A stretch of DNA of 64,000 nucleotides, taken from positions 64,001-128,000 of the forward strand of contig CALSSJ010000018.1 of assembly GCA_943788985.1 (NCBI GenBank), given 5' to 3'. The DNA comes from an uncultured Lentisphaerales bacterium (GTDB taxonomy: Bacteria > Verrucomicrobiota > Lentisphaeria > JABSQK01 > UBA12247). The notes beneath the pieces were generated by a model, which saw only the letters and a program-made list of their open reading frames with translations, had not been told where the DNA came from and searched no databases. The translations under genes and the position numbers were made by a program. This document shows, piece after piece, positions 43,146 to 52,236 of this stretch (position 1 is the first letter of the stretch; the number at the start of each line of letters is the position of its first letter).

Positions 43146-44711
43146 ATGAATACAACAGTTTTTCGAGTGGGCTTTGTGGTTTGTGTGCTGGTTGCCGCGC
43201 TGTTTCGGGTCATCGATCTCGAGCAGCGCGTTCTGCACAATGACGAGGCCAATCAAGCCTGTCGAGCGGGGCTCTTGCTGGAAGGCGCTGGCTACCACTA
43301 CGATCCAGTAGACCATCATGGGCCGACGCTCTACTACCTCTCTTTGCCGTTCGCTTGGCTCAGCGCTGGTACTGACTTCAGCCGGACTTCGGCCGTAACC
43401 TACCGGCTCCTCCCAGCGCTATTCGGGATTGGCGTTTTGCTGTTGTTGCTGCTATTTCGAGATAGGCTGGGAAGGCCAGCGGTCTTGGCCACCGCGGCAC
43501 TGCTGGCAGTCTCACCAGCGATGGTTTATTACAGCCGCTTCTATATTCAGGAAATGCTCCTAGTCTTCTTTACCGCAGCGGTAATCGTCTGCGGCTGCCG
43601 CTACAGCCGGTTTCCGGGCGTGCGCCAGGCAATGAGCGTCGGACTGTTTCTAGGCCTGATGCATGCGACCAAAGAAACCTGCATCATCGCCTATGCCTGC
43701 CTCGGCGCCGCGATTCTCCCCGCGCTGATCGACATGATGCGCAAGGGTGCTGAAGCGCGGCGCCAGCTGCTCCAGCACGGTCTAGTTATGGTGGCCGTGG
43801 CTGTCGCCGTTTCCGCCATGATCTTTTCCTCGTTCTTCACCCATCCCATGGGCATCATTCACTCGTATACGGCTTACCTGAACTATCTGCCGCAAGGGAT
43901 TGGCGTCGATACAGACCATGTCCAGCCCTTCATGTTCTACCTCAAGATCTTGATTGGGCAGACAAAGGGCGGGCTATTCTGGAGCGAATGGCCAATCATG
44001 CTGCTGGGCCTGACAGGCATCGGATTTTCCGTTACTGGTGCTTCCCGCTGGCTGCCTGACCTTCACCGTGGCTTGGCGCGATTTCTCGTCAGCTACACCG
44101 TGCTGATGACGTTGGCCTACTCGTTGATTGCATACAAAACACCGTGGTGCATGCTCTCTTTTCTCTTCGGCTGGATCCTGCTGGCCGGGATTGGGGCTGC
44201 CGGGCTTTTCGCATCCTGCAAACCACGCGCTCTGCAGGCGGTGCTTGTGGTTCTAGTGTTGGCGGGCGTTTCGCTGCTGGGGCGCTCTGCGCAGCGAGCG
44301 AGTTTTCGGTATGGCGCAGATACGCGAAATCCATACGCCTACTCCCATACGGTCTCCGATCTGCTGAATCTGGTCAAGCGTGTCAATGCCGTTACGGCAC
44401 TGGGAGATGGCTACGCTGCAAAGATTGCCATCGTCACCAATGCCCAAGACGCCTGGCCCTTGCCCTGGTACCTGCGTACCTACCCGAACACCGGATACTG
44501 GTCCACGCAGGACGCTATCCCGGAGGCCTTCGCGCCGGACATCATTGTCTGCTCACTCGAGCATGAGCCTGCGGTCACTGAATCTGTGGGAGACGACTTC
44601 ATCTCAGAGTACTGGGGCCTGCGCAACGAGGTCGTTCTCGCTTTGTACTTGCGGCGTGACCTTTGGGATCGCTTCATGGAATCGCGCATCAAGAGTCATC
44701 CAACTAATTAA
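43146..44711 (+). CDS. GT-C fold membrane protein, Agl23/TIGR03663-like
   Basis: LHNDEA, YHYDP..HGP.LYY, YRLLPALFG, SP.MVYYSR, ATKE, YKTPW, WPLPWYLR. Confidence 0.8.
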   Translation: MNTTVFRVGFVVCVLVAALFRVIDLEQRVLHNDEANQACRAGLLLEGAGYHYDPVDHHGPTLYYLSLPFAWLSAGTDFSRTSAVTYRLLPALFGIGVLLLLLLFRDRLGRPAVLATAALLAVSPAMVYYSRFYIQEMLLVFFTAAVIVCGCRYSRFPGVRQAMSVGLFLGLMHATKETCIIAYACLGAAILPALIDMMRKGAEARRQLLQHGLVMVAVAVAVSAMIFSSFFTHPMGIIHSYTAYLNYLPQGIGVDTDHVQPFMFYLKILIGQTKGGLFWSEWPIMLLGLTGIGFSVTGASRWLPDLHRGLARFLVSYTVLMTLAYSLIAYKTPWCMLSFLFGWILLAGIGAAGLFASCKPRALQAVLVVLVLAGVSLLGRSAQRASFRYGADTRNPYAYSHTVSDLLNLVKRVNAVTALGDGYAAKIAIVTNAQDAWPLPWYLRTYPNTGYWSTQDAIPEAFAPDIIVCSLEHEPAVTESVGDDFISEYWGLRNEVVLALYLRRDLWDRFMESRIKSHPTN

Positions 44712-44774
44712 ACTGGCCTTGCGCAGGCGAGGCTGTGCGATATTTGTCATATCATTTCAGAAAGGATATTTTTT

Positions 44775-45626
44775 ATGAATAGAACGCTCTCGATTTTTCT
44801 GTGCACATTCATCGCGATTGGCGTCGCGACCGCCGCGGACAACAAGCCTGTAAAGGCGCCAATTGTTGGCTATTCCGATACACCGCAGCTTCCATCCGGC
44901 TGGCGGGTGCACGACATCGACCGACCGCAGCCCAAGGTGGTCACCCCTGCAGCCAAGCCGGGGGGGGCACCATCCGACGCTATCATTCTGTTCGACGGGA
45001 CAGACTTGGCCAGCTGGGTTGGCCGCAAGCAAGAAAACCCTAAGAAGAAGAGGTACAACGCCAAGGGCGAGGCGCTGTGGAAAGTGGCGAATGACTATAT
45101 GGAGGTCACGTCGACTGGCGGGATCAGGACCCGACAGAAGTTTGGCGATTGCCAGCTTCATATCGAGTGGCAGACGGAGAATCCGCCCCGTGGCGATTCT
45201 CAGCACCGCGGCAACAGCGGTGTGTTCTTTATGGGCCGCTACGAGATGCAGGTGCTGGATTGCTACGAAAACCGTACTTACGCTGACGGCTCCGCCGGTT
45301 GTATCTACGGGCAGACTGCACCGCTGGTCAATGCCTGTCGCAAGCCAGGCGAGTGGCAGGTGTACGACATTATTTTTCAGGCCCCCCGGTTCAAGGATGG
45401 CAAGCTTGTTTCACCCGCCTACATGACGACCTTCTTCAACGGTGTCCTGGTGCAGCACAAGACTGAGCTGCTTGGCCCAACCACGCATAAGCGGCTGCCG
45501 AAATACAAAGCCCATGGGGCGAAGGAATCGATTTCCCTGCAGGATCACGGCAATCCCACACGCTTTCGCAATATCTGGATTCGCGAGCTAAATCTCGTAG
45601 AGAGCACTGGCAAGAAGGGAGAATAA
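44775..45626 (+). CDS. DUF1080 (3-keto-disaccharide hydrolase family) protein, secreted
   Basis: PSDAIILFDG.DL..W, FGDCQLHIEW, GNSGVF, YEMQVLD, GEWQVYDI, LQDHG..RFRNIWIREL. Confidence 0.92.
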   Translation: MNRTLSIFLCTFIAIGVATAADNKPVKAPIVGYSDTPQLPSGWRVHDIDRPQPKVVTPAAKPGGAPSDAIILFDGTDLASWVGRKQENPKKKRYNAKGEALWKVANDYMEVTSTGGIRTRQKFGDCQLHIEWQTENPPRGDSQHRGNSGVFFMGRYEMQVLDCYENRTYADGSAGCIYGQTAPLVNACRKPGEWQVYDIIFQAPRFKDGKLVSPAYMTTFFNGVLVQHKTELLGPTTHKRLPKYKAHGAKESISLQDHGNPTRFRNIWIRELNLVESTGKKGE

Positions 45627-45649
45627 CGGCTCAATTCTTGTTGCTGCAG

Positions 45650-46075
45650 ATGGGATCTACACCAGGCTTGCTGTTTCATCTTGGCTATCGGTATGGCCTT
45701 GGGACAAACTGTTGCGGCGGTCTGCTCTTTGGCGACAACCGTGGCATTCAACGTGCCAGATCCACCGCCGGACTACCAACCTGGCGATGAGTGGAGTTTT
45801 ATCTACAACGCCCGCTGAATCTGGGGGGCATGTTTAGTAAGAGCGCGTATGGACCTGATGCGGTGGGGTAGGGGCCTCTATGAGCATGCTGTGGGCGGCT
45901 GGCTGAACCCGCTTGGGTTGGACGCGCACACTGATGCACGCAAAGTGCTGAAGAAAGATGAGTGGAATCGGATCACCATCCAAGCAGTGGGCGACACCAT
46001 CAAGACCTGGCTAAATCACGTGCCAGCTGCGCACTGGAAAACCGATAAATACACGCAGGGCTTCTTTAGTCTGGG
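45650..46075 (+). pseudogene. Second DUF1080 gene, degraded
   Basis: Signal-like segment then W.FIYN; GLYE...GWL, KKDEWNRITI...GD.IKTWLN, GFFSL; stops and deletions. Confidence 0.65.
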
Positions 46076-46119
46076 AGCGCAGACGGGCCGCCTGCATTCT
46101 TCCTCGTTTCGGCGGCAAT

Positions 46120-47217
46120 CTAAATCAGGTCGCGAATGCAGTCCTGCATCTCAGCTTCTGCCTCTTCGATTCGAGCCACTAGCGCAAATTGCGCCCGAGC
46201 CCGATCCAGATTCTGACCAGGGCGATGTGTCCGAAAGTAGCTGTCGCCACTCAGATGGTCCGCTAGAAAGCGCACGCCGATCTCGTACGTGATCAATTGC
46301 GTCGAGAATGGCAATTGGCGAATTTCCTCGGGCCAAAGCTCGTGCCCGGCCGCTTCCAAGTAGCCACGGGCTAGCGCAGAGAACATCTCCATGCGCACGT
46401 GCACGCGGCTCACATCGACCTCATCTTCTTCGGCCGGGCTTAGGAACGTGCGGCCCAGGTCGCCAAAGTCGTAGTGGGTCAAGCCAGGCATCAGTGTATC
46501 GAGGTCGATCACACATACCGCCTCATCGGTCTCGCTGTCCAGCAGCACGTTGCCGAGCTTGGCATCGTTGTGGCTCACGCGCTCTGGGATCTTACCGTCC
46601 CGTTGCAGGTCCAACAGGCGCGAGGCCTGGGACTTACGGGCAAGCGCAAAGTCGATCGCGTCGCGCGATGAAGCGACACGTCCTACGGCATCCGCAGCCA
46701 CGGCTCGCTCCAGAGCGGAAACGCGTCCCGGTGTATCATGAAAGCCTGGAATCGTTTCATGCAGGCGCTCTCCCGGCAGGTCCGTGAGCCATGCTTGCAG
46801 CTGGCCAAAGGCTCGTGCTGCCTGATAGGCTTGCTCCGGCCGCTCGCAGACCTCAAAGCTGAGGGTGCGTTCGATAAAAGGAGAAACGCGCCACAGCGCA
46901 CCGGTCTCATCCTCCCACGCAAACCTTCCGTCGCGCGTCGGGATCAGCGATAGCACCCCTCTGCTCGTCCCAACAGGGCAGGGGCCCAGTTTCGAGCGTA
47001 CGTGGCGAATCACGCGTTCAAAATTCTCCATGATTGCCCAGCCATCGTGGAACACATCGGGGTTGATGCGCTGCATAATATAGCGCACCTCAGTCCCCGC
47101 CTGGCTAAAGACGGCCAGAAAGCTGTCATTGATGTGACCATTGCCAAAGCGTTCAATAGAGACCAGTTCACCATGCAACCAAAACTGGTCGCAGACTTTC
47201 TCTGGCGAATGAATCAT
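46120..47217 (-). CDS. APH-family phosphotransferase (N-acetylhexosamine 1-kinase-like)
   Basis: FGNGHINDSF, YIMQRIN, LHETIPGFHDTP, HNDAKLGNVL, IDLDTLMPG, DFGD, RFLADHL.GD.YF. Confidence 0.85.
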   Translation of the reverse strand: MIHSPEKVCDQFWLHGELVSIERFGNGHINDSFLAVFSQAGTEVRYIMQRINPDVFHDGWAIMENFERVIRHVRSKLGPCPVGTSRGVLSLIPTRDGRFAWEDETGALWRVSPFIERTLSFEVCERPEQAYQAARAFGQLQAWLTDLPGERLHETIPGFHDTPGRVSALERAVAADAVGRVASSRDAIDFALARKSQASRLLDLQRDGKIPERVSHNDAKLGNVLLDSETDEAVCVIDLDTLMPGLTHYDFGDLGRTFLSPAEEDEVDVSRVHVRMEMFSALARGYLEAAGHELWPEEIRQLPFSTQLITYEIGVRFLADHLSGDSYFRTHRPGQNLDRARAQFALVARIEEAEAEMQDCIRDLI

Positions 47218-47441
47218 GGGGGAGGCTCGCAAGTGGGGGCGCATCGCATCGCGTCGCGCGCGACGCAAAAGCTAAGAACAGTACAGACGCCTGCCTCTCT
47301 GGCAATTCCAATGCGTCGATTAAGGCAATGTAGGGCCTCGGTACGGCGGGAGCACTTCATCAAAGCGCGCCATCGGTTTCCTCTGCGACCAGATCGAGAT
47401 TACGGCCCATACGGCGTCGATCTGCCAGCGCGGTATCCGCG

Positions 47442-47814
47442 TTAGCGATCCATAGTCACTTCGGTGCGTCGTAGTGCAAACGGCCAGTGAGGGACTTTGC
47501 GGCCAGAAGTCATCAGCATGATGCGGTCAATGGGCTGCTGCGAAATGACGCCGCATTTGCTGAGCACACTCTCCAGCGAGAGATAAAGCAAGCAGCCATT
47601 TCGTAGCTGCGCGGCGGCATGATGAAGCACCAGCGCGGTAGGGACATCCGTCCTTCCATTCAGATAGAGCCCGCGACACACACACACGCTCCAATATCCC
47701 GGTTTTTTCCGCGCGATTGAGCAACGCCGTGCAGCGAGCCGTCCAGACAACTCCGGTAATGCCAGACGAAGATCTGTCGTCGAGAGCAGGTACCGCTGCG
47801 GGCTTTGGTTGCAT
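47442..47814 (-). pseudogene. AbiEi-type (type IV TA) antitoxin remnant
   Basis: LLNRAEKTGILERVC then RGLYL...LVLHHAAAQLR...YLSLESVLS..GVISQ.P..IMLMTSGR in another frame; shift at (AC)6 47676-47687; no toxin gene follows. Confidence 0.7.
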
Positions 47815-47907
47815 GACTAAACTGCACAATAGGTTGCGAACAGTGAAACCTATTGTTCGTCAAGCCCTATGCCTTGCACAACGAGGACGCGAAAGAGGCA
47901 TGAAAGC

Positions 47908-47935
47908 TTGACTCAAAACCTAGTTAAGTTATCAT
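47908..47935 (+). promoter_or_regulatory. Possible sigma70 promoter for the antiporter
   Basis: TTGACT-16 bp-TATCAT. Confidence 0.35.
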
Positions 47936-47969
47936 ATTCCGGAATAGCAAAACCAGTGTATTAGTTCAT

Positions 47970-49680
47970 ATGTTCGGGCTTGCTGCGGTTGGTACTTTCG
48001 ACTCGACGGCAGTCTCGCAACTGTTTCTTGCCGTGGCGCTTATTCTGGGCGTGGCCCGGATTCCCGGTGAAGTTGCGTGCGCGTTTGGGCAGCCACCGAT
48101 CGTCGGGGAAATTGCGGCTGGCGTCGTGCTCGGGAAGACGGTGCTGGGACGTGTCAGTCCGGATCTCTATGATCGGTTCTTCGGGGAGCAGCTTGGTAGT
48201 GCAGCGGATATTGGCCTGCAGGCGTTGTTGACGCTGGCGGCGGCGATGTTGCTGCTGGTGGCTGGTCTGGAGGTGGACCTGAGGGCGATCCGCCGTGAGC
48301 GCAAGGCCACGATCTGCGTGTCCTTCGCCAGCATGTTGCTGCCGTTTGGAATCGGTTTTTTGTTCGCCTGGTTCCTGCCTGGCCTGCTCGCACATGGCGG
48401 CGACAATCGTCTGGTCTTTTCGCTTTTCATTGGTATCGCGCTGTCGATCACCGCCTTGCCTGTAATCGCCAAGATCCTGATGGACCTGGGACTGCAGCGC
48501 TCAGATATGGGCGTGGTGGTTTTGGCCTCGGCGGTGGTCAATGACTTGGTTGGTTGGATCGGGTTTGCCTCGGTGCTGGCCTTGGCTGGGGCGGGCACGG
48601 GAAATAGCCTCTGGGGGACGATTGGCTTGACGGTCGGGTTTGCGGGAAATGTGCCTGACTATCGGCCGCAAGATGGCAGCGCCGTTTTTGACCTGGGTGC
48701 AGGCCCATGGTGGCTGGCCGACGGGCGTGTTGGGGACGGTCTTTTTGCTGGCCTTTCTGGCATCAGCGTTTACGGAGTGGATTGGCGTGCACGCGATCTT
48801 CGGCGCTTTCCTGGCTGGCGTGCTTTTTGCAGACACTGGGCGACTGCGTGGGCGCACATAGCAGAGCATCGAAGACATCGTCGGTGCGGTGTTCGCTCCG
48901 CTGTTCTTCGCATCCATCGCGCTGAAGGTGGACTTTCTCAGCAACTTCAACCTAGTCGCTGTGGTTGTTGTGCTGATTATCGCTGTGACAGGCAAGCTTG
49001 TCGGCGGCTGGGTTGGAGCGCGCATCGCCGGGATGGGGCAGCGCGAGAGCGCAGCGGTCGGCGCCGGCATGACGGCTCGTGGGGCCATGGAGATTATTCT
49101 GGCGGAGCTCGCGGCGGAGGCGGGCAGCATCGGCGATGATCTGTTCGTGGCGATCGTCATCATGTCGCTCATTACCAGCATCATCGCGGGGCCGGCGATT
49201 GAAGGCATTCTTAGGCGCAGTGGCAAGGTGTCTTGCCTATCCTACCTCACAAGCGACACCATTCGGCTCAAAATGGCGGCCACGAACATAGAGGAGGCGA
49301 TCCGTGAGTTGGCGGAAGCAGCCGGTGTGTCGGAGGCGGCGCTTGCCGAAGCACTCAATCGGGAGGATGAGATGCCTACGGGCATGCCGGGCGGCTGGGC
49401 GCTACCGCACTGGCGACACGCAGATATCAAAACGCCAATACTGGCGATTGGCACCTGTCCGAACAGTATCGACTTTATGGCGACAGACGGTACGGAGGCG
49501 TCAGTCATCGTATTTCTGGCAACGCCAGCGGAGGCCGGTGATACACAGCTGAAGATTCTTGCTGCCCTAGCCCGGGCCTTCAGCCAGAATCGAACCCGTA
49601 CCGACCTCCTGACTGCGAACTCGGCAACCGAGGTGAAGGCGGCCCTGCGGGTTGCGGAATCCGCAAACCAGCACAGCTGA
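47970..49680 (+). pseudogene. Cation:proton antiporter (CPA2) fused to a PTS EIIA-like domain; disrupted
   Basis: GQPPIVGEIAAG, SITALPVIAKIL, VNDLVGW, GVHAIFGAFLAG, ARGAMEI, RE..MPTG...ALPH; extra A at 48647-48649 and TAG at 48859-48861. Confidence 0.8.
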
Positions 49681-49743
49681 TCGAAGCAGCAAAAACCCAA
49701 GATCGCTCGCTCCTCAACAACTGTGCCGGCTGAAGTTTTGCTC

Positions 49744-51141
49744 TCAGTGGTCGGGGTGATCACCGAACGTCACCTCGAAGCCCAGCCAGATGCCATGAGC
49801 ACGACCGTCGGGGAGAAAGTCGGCGTCGTCCAGGTTGTACTGCAGACGCAGACGCGTGCGCTGCGTAGGGCGATAGGTGAGTAGTGGCGAGATGCGGCTC
49901 CGGTCTCCACGTGCCGGATCTAGATTACGATCGAAGAGCTGGCCTCCCTCGGCGCTGTCTACAGTTCCGCTGGCGTAGTCGTAGCGCACACCCAGGCCCC
50001 AGGCATCGGTCATGTTGTAGAGAAACTGAGTGTAAATGCCCCAATCCTCGAGTGTCTCCGCAGGCAGGTCGATGTTGATGTCATCCGACGGATCAGGGGT
50101 GCCGAGGTCGTCGAAGAGGGCGACCGCGTTGGTGTGATACTCACGCTTCATGATCTCGGTCTGCCAACTCCATCGGCCATTGTCGGCGGCAACGCGATAG
50201 TCGAGACCGTAAATCCAAGTGGCGGTGTCGGACGCATGTCCGTTGCGCCCCCACATGGTCGAGATGCCGAGTTTACCGACCGGCAGTTGGCTGCCCCAGC
50301 GGAGTGTGTACATAAGATCATCCATGCTGCCCACTTCGCTGTCGTGAAACGAGCGGCCGCCGATTCCCTCTTCGCCAAAGCCTGCTGGAAACTCTTCTTT
50401 CTCCTCTTCCTCGCCATGAGCGTGGCCGCCAGGTTCGCCGCGAAAGCTTAGTGCCTGATCATCGGAATTCTGCGCGGTGAGCGAGAATCCGTGCCAGCCC
50501 AGACGCAGCCCCGAACCGCGGGTTCCTTCGCCGCCAAACAGCCGGCTGTTGACCACGGGTTGGTCCAGAAAGTCCCAGGTTTCCAGATGCCCTGGGTTGA
50601 TCCGGCCAAACTCAGTGAAGAAGTAGCCAAGCTTGAGGTCAAGATCGCCAACCTCGGTGGTGACGAACGCTTCTTCGAGCTCTACGCCATCCTCGCGGAA
50701 GATGACATAGCTCTGGGCCTCGAAGGGGCCAACTTTCCCATTTACGGCGAGTTCAAACTGTTGCAGGTTGAAGCCGCGCTTACGTGGATCGTGCGCGCCA
50801 GCCTGGAGTTTTTCCATAACGCTTTGCGCTTCATCACCGCCACCGACAGCGACGTTAAGCACTCCAGACACGGTGACCTGTTCCTCACCGTGGCCGGCAT
50901 GGTAGTCATGATTCTCTTCTGCTACACCGTGGGCGGCATGCTCGCAATGAGCATGATCCTCTTGCTCTTCTTCTTGATAATGCGCGAGCTGCTCTGTCAG
51001 GGAGTTGATCTTCCCGTCTTTGGCAGTGACTTGTTGTTGGAGTTGGCGAACAGCGGCCTCGAGGGCAGCCAGGCGATCTTCGACGGGTGCGGAGTTCGCA
51101 AAAATTGAGAGTGTCGCGAATGCAACAAATAGAATACGCAT
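49744..51141 (-). CDS. His-rich outer-membrane beta-barrel, metal-uptake-associated porin/receptor-like
   Basis: Signal peptide, coiled coil, His/Glu-rich linker, HDPRKRGFNLQQ.EL, LEEAF, FFTEFGRINP.H..WDFLDQP, RLRLQYN, C-terminal FGDHPDH. Confidence 0.75.
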   Translation of the reverse strand: MRILFVAFATLSIFANSAPVEDRLAALEAAVRQLQQQVTAKDGKINSLTEQLAHYQEEEQEDHAHCEHAAHGVAEENHDYHAGHGEEQVTVSGVLNVAVGGGDEAQSVMEKLQAGAHDPRKRGFNLQQFELAVNGKVGPFEAQSYVIFREDGVELEEAFVTTEVGDLDLKLGYFFTEFGRINPGHLETWDFLDQPVVNSRLFGGEGTRGSGLRLGWHGFSLTAQNSDDQALSFRGEPGGHAHGEEEEKEEFPAGFGEEGIGGRSFHDSEVGSMDDLMYTLRWGSQLPVGKLGISTMWGRNGHASDTATWIYGLDYRVAADNGRWSWQTEIMKREYHTNAVALFDDLGTPDPSDDINIDLPAETLEDWGIYTQFLYNMTDAWGLGVRYDYASGTVDSAEGGQLFDRNLDPARGDRSRISPLLTYRPTQRTRLRLQYNLDDADFLPDGRAHGIWLGFEVTFGDHPDH

Positions 51142-51172
51142 GGGAAATCCTTTCTAAATAGGGACAGGATCG

Positions 51173-51210
51173 CTCGCTGGCGATGCGTCACGTGTAGGAT
51201 CGCCAGCGAG
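51173..51210 (-). promoter_or_regulatory. Perfect 12-bp hairpin between the leader gene and the porin
   Basis: CTCGCTGGCGAT 51173-51184 / ATCGCCAGCGAG 51199-51210, abutting the leader stop; no U-tract. Confidence 0.75.
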
Positions 51211-51642
51211 TCAGGTCATTGGGGAAGAGAACGGGGAGACGAGTCGCTTGGGCGGCCCCCGTGCGCAGGGAATGATGACCATGCTGCTGCGACCCTGCAG
51301 GCGATAGGCGCTGTGGTCGCGGCTTGTTGCGAACTCCGCAAGCTCCGCTGGGGGGACGGCGGTAGCGAGCAGGATGCTTTGGCAGAGCGTGCAACTCGCG
51401 GAGTCATGGCCGTGGCAATCACTGGGAAGAGTAAGACCGTCATCCGCTTCTCGGGCGTGGACATGGTCATGACAATCACTCGGAAGAGAAAGCCCCTCAG
51501 TAACTTCGTGGGCGTGCTCATGCCCGTGGTGAGCGTGACTGTGGACACCGGGATGATGCAGACAGTCGTGTAGAGCAGGCAGTAGCGTGCTGGCGGAGAA
51601 GAGTCCGAGGGCACAGAAAAATGATAGAAGACGTGCTGACAT
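51211..51642 (-). CDS. His-rich DUF2946-like exported leader protein
   Basis: Signal peptide, His-rich tract, duplicated GL(S/T)LPSDCH, CTLC, C-terminal ARGPP. Confidence 0.75.
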   Translation of the reverse strand: MSARLLSFFCALGLFSASTLLPALHDCLHHPGVHSHAHHGHEHAHEVTEGLSLPSDCHDHVHAREADDGLTLPSDCHGHDSASCTLCQSILLATAVPPAELAEFATSRDHSAYRLQGRSSMVIIPCARGPPKRLVSPFSSPMT

Positions 51643-51663
51643 AATGATAATCTATTCTCATTA
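51642..51663. promoter_or_regulatory. Fur/Zur-family operator-like palindrome
   Basis: TAATGATAAT-CT-ATTCTCATTA (10-2-10, one mismatch) directly at the leader start codon. Confidence 0.65.
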
Positions 51664-52236
51664 GTGTCGCGCGCAAGGTGCCTAGCGCCAACTATGGCTC
51701 GGGTGCTTCGCGACCCTTCGCCACCAGGGCGATCAGCTCACGCACTTATGGCGCCGGTGCAAGCAAAAAAGAAGTAAATAGTTCTATGTTCTCGCCCAGC
51801 ACTCATGAGGTATCGCGAACCGACTTGCCGGCACCGCCTGGCAGTTCTTAAAGCGAGAAAGCTATGTGCACGGTCCACTTTGGTGCTGGAAGCCCGACCG
51901 CTCTCATATCGCTGAAATGCCAAACCTTGTAGTGATATCGATCAACAAATTCCTTAAATGCCTTAGGTTTGTTATTTCATGTACCGCCGCCTTGGGGGAG
52001 TCCGATTCACTTCCCGTATGTGCGCGCTTTGTCCGTATTAATCCCAGCAGCCAGATTGGCCGCGACACCGTCAGCATTTTCCGCCCCAGTGCACGCCTGC
52101 AGGGGCAAACGCGCGGCCCAGATTTCTTTCCCTGAACACGCACACCTCTCGGCTTCCCCCATAAAACGGAGACGCCAATGTGCTAGCTAGGAACCGACTT
52201 CCAAGGTCCCTGCGAAGGTAACCCAAGGCAGCAAAC

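Noticed and set aside
51700..52230. Possible ncRNA or small gene downstream of the giant gene
   Set aside because: No recognisable riboswitch, tRNA or protein motif; an Rfam scan would be needed
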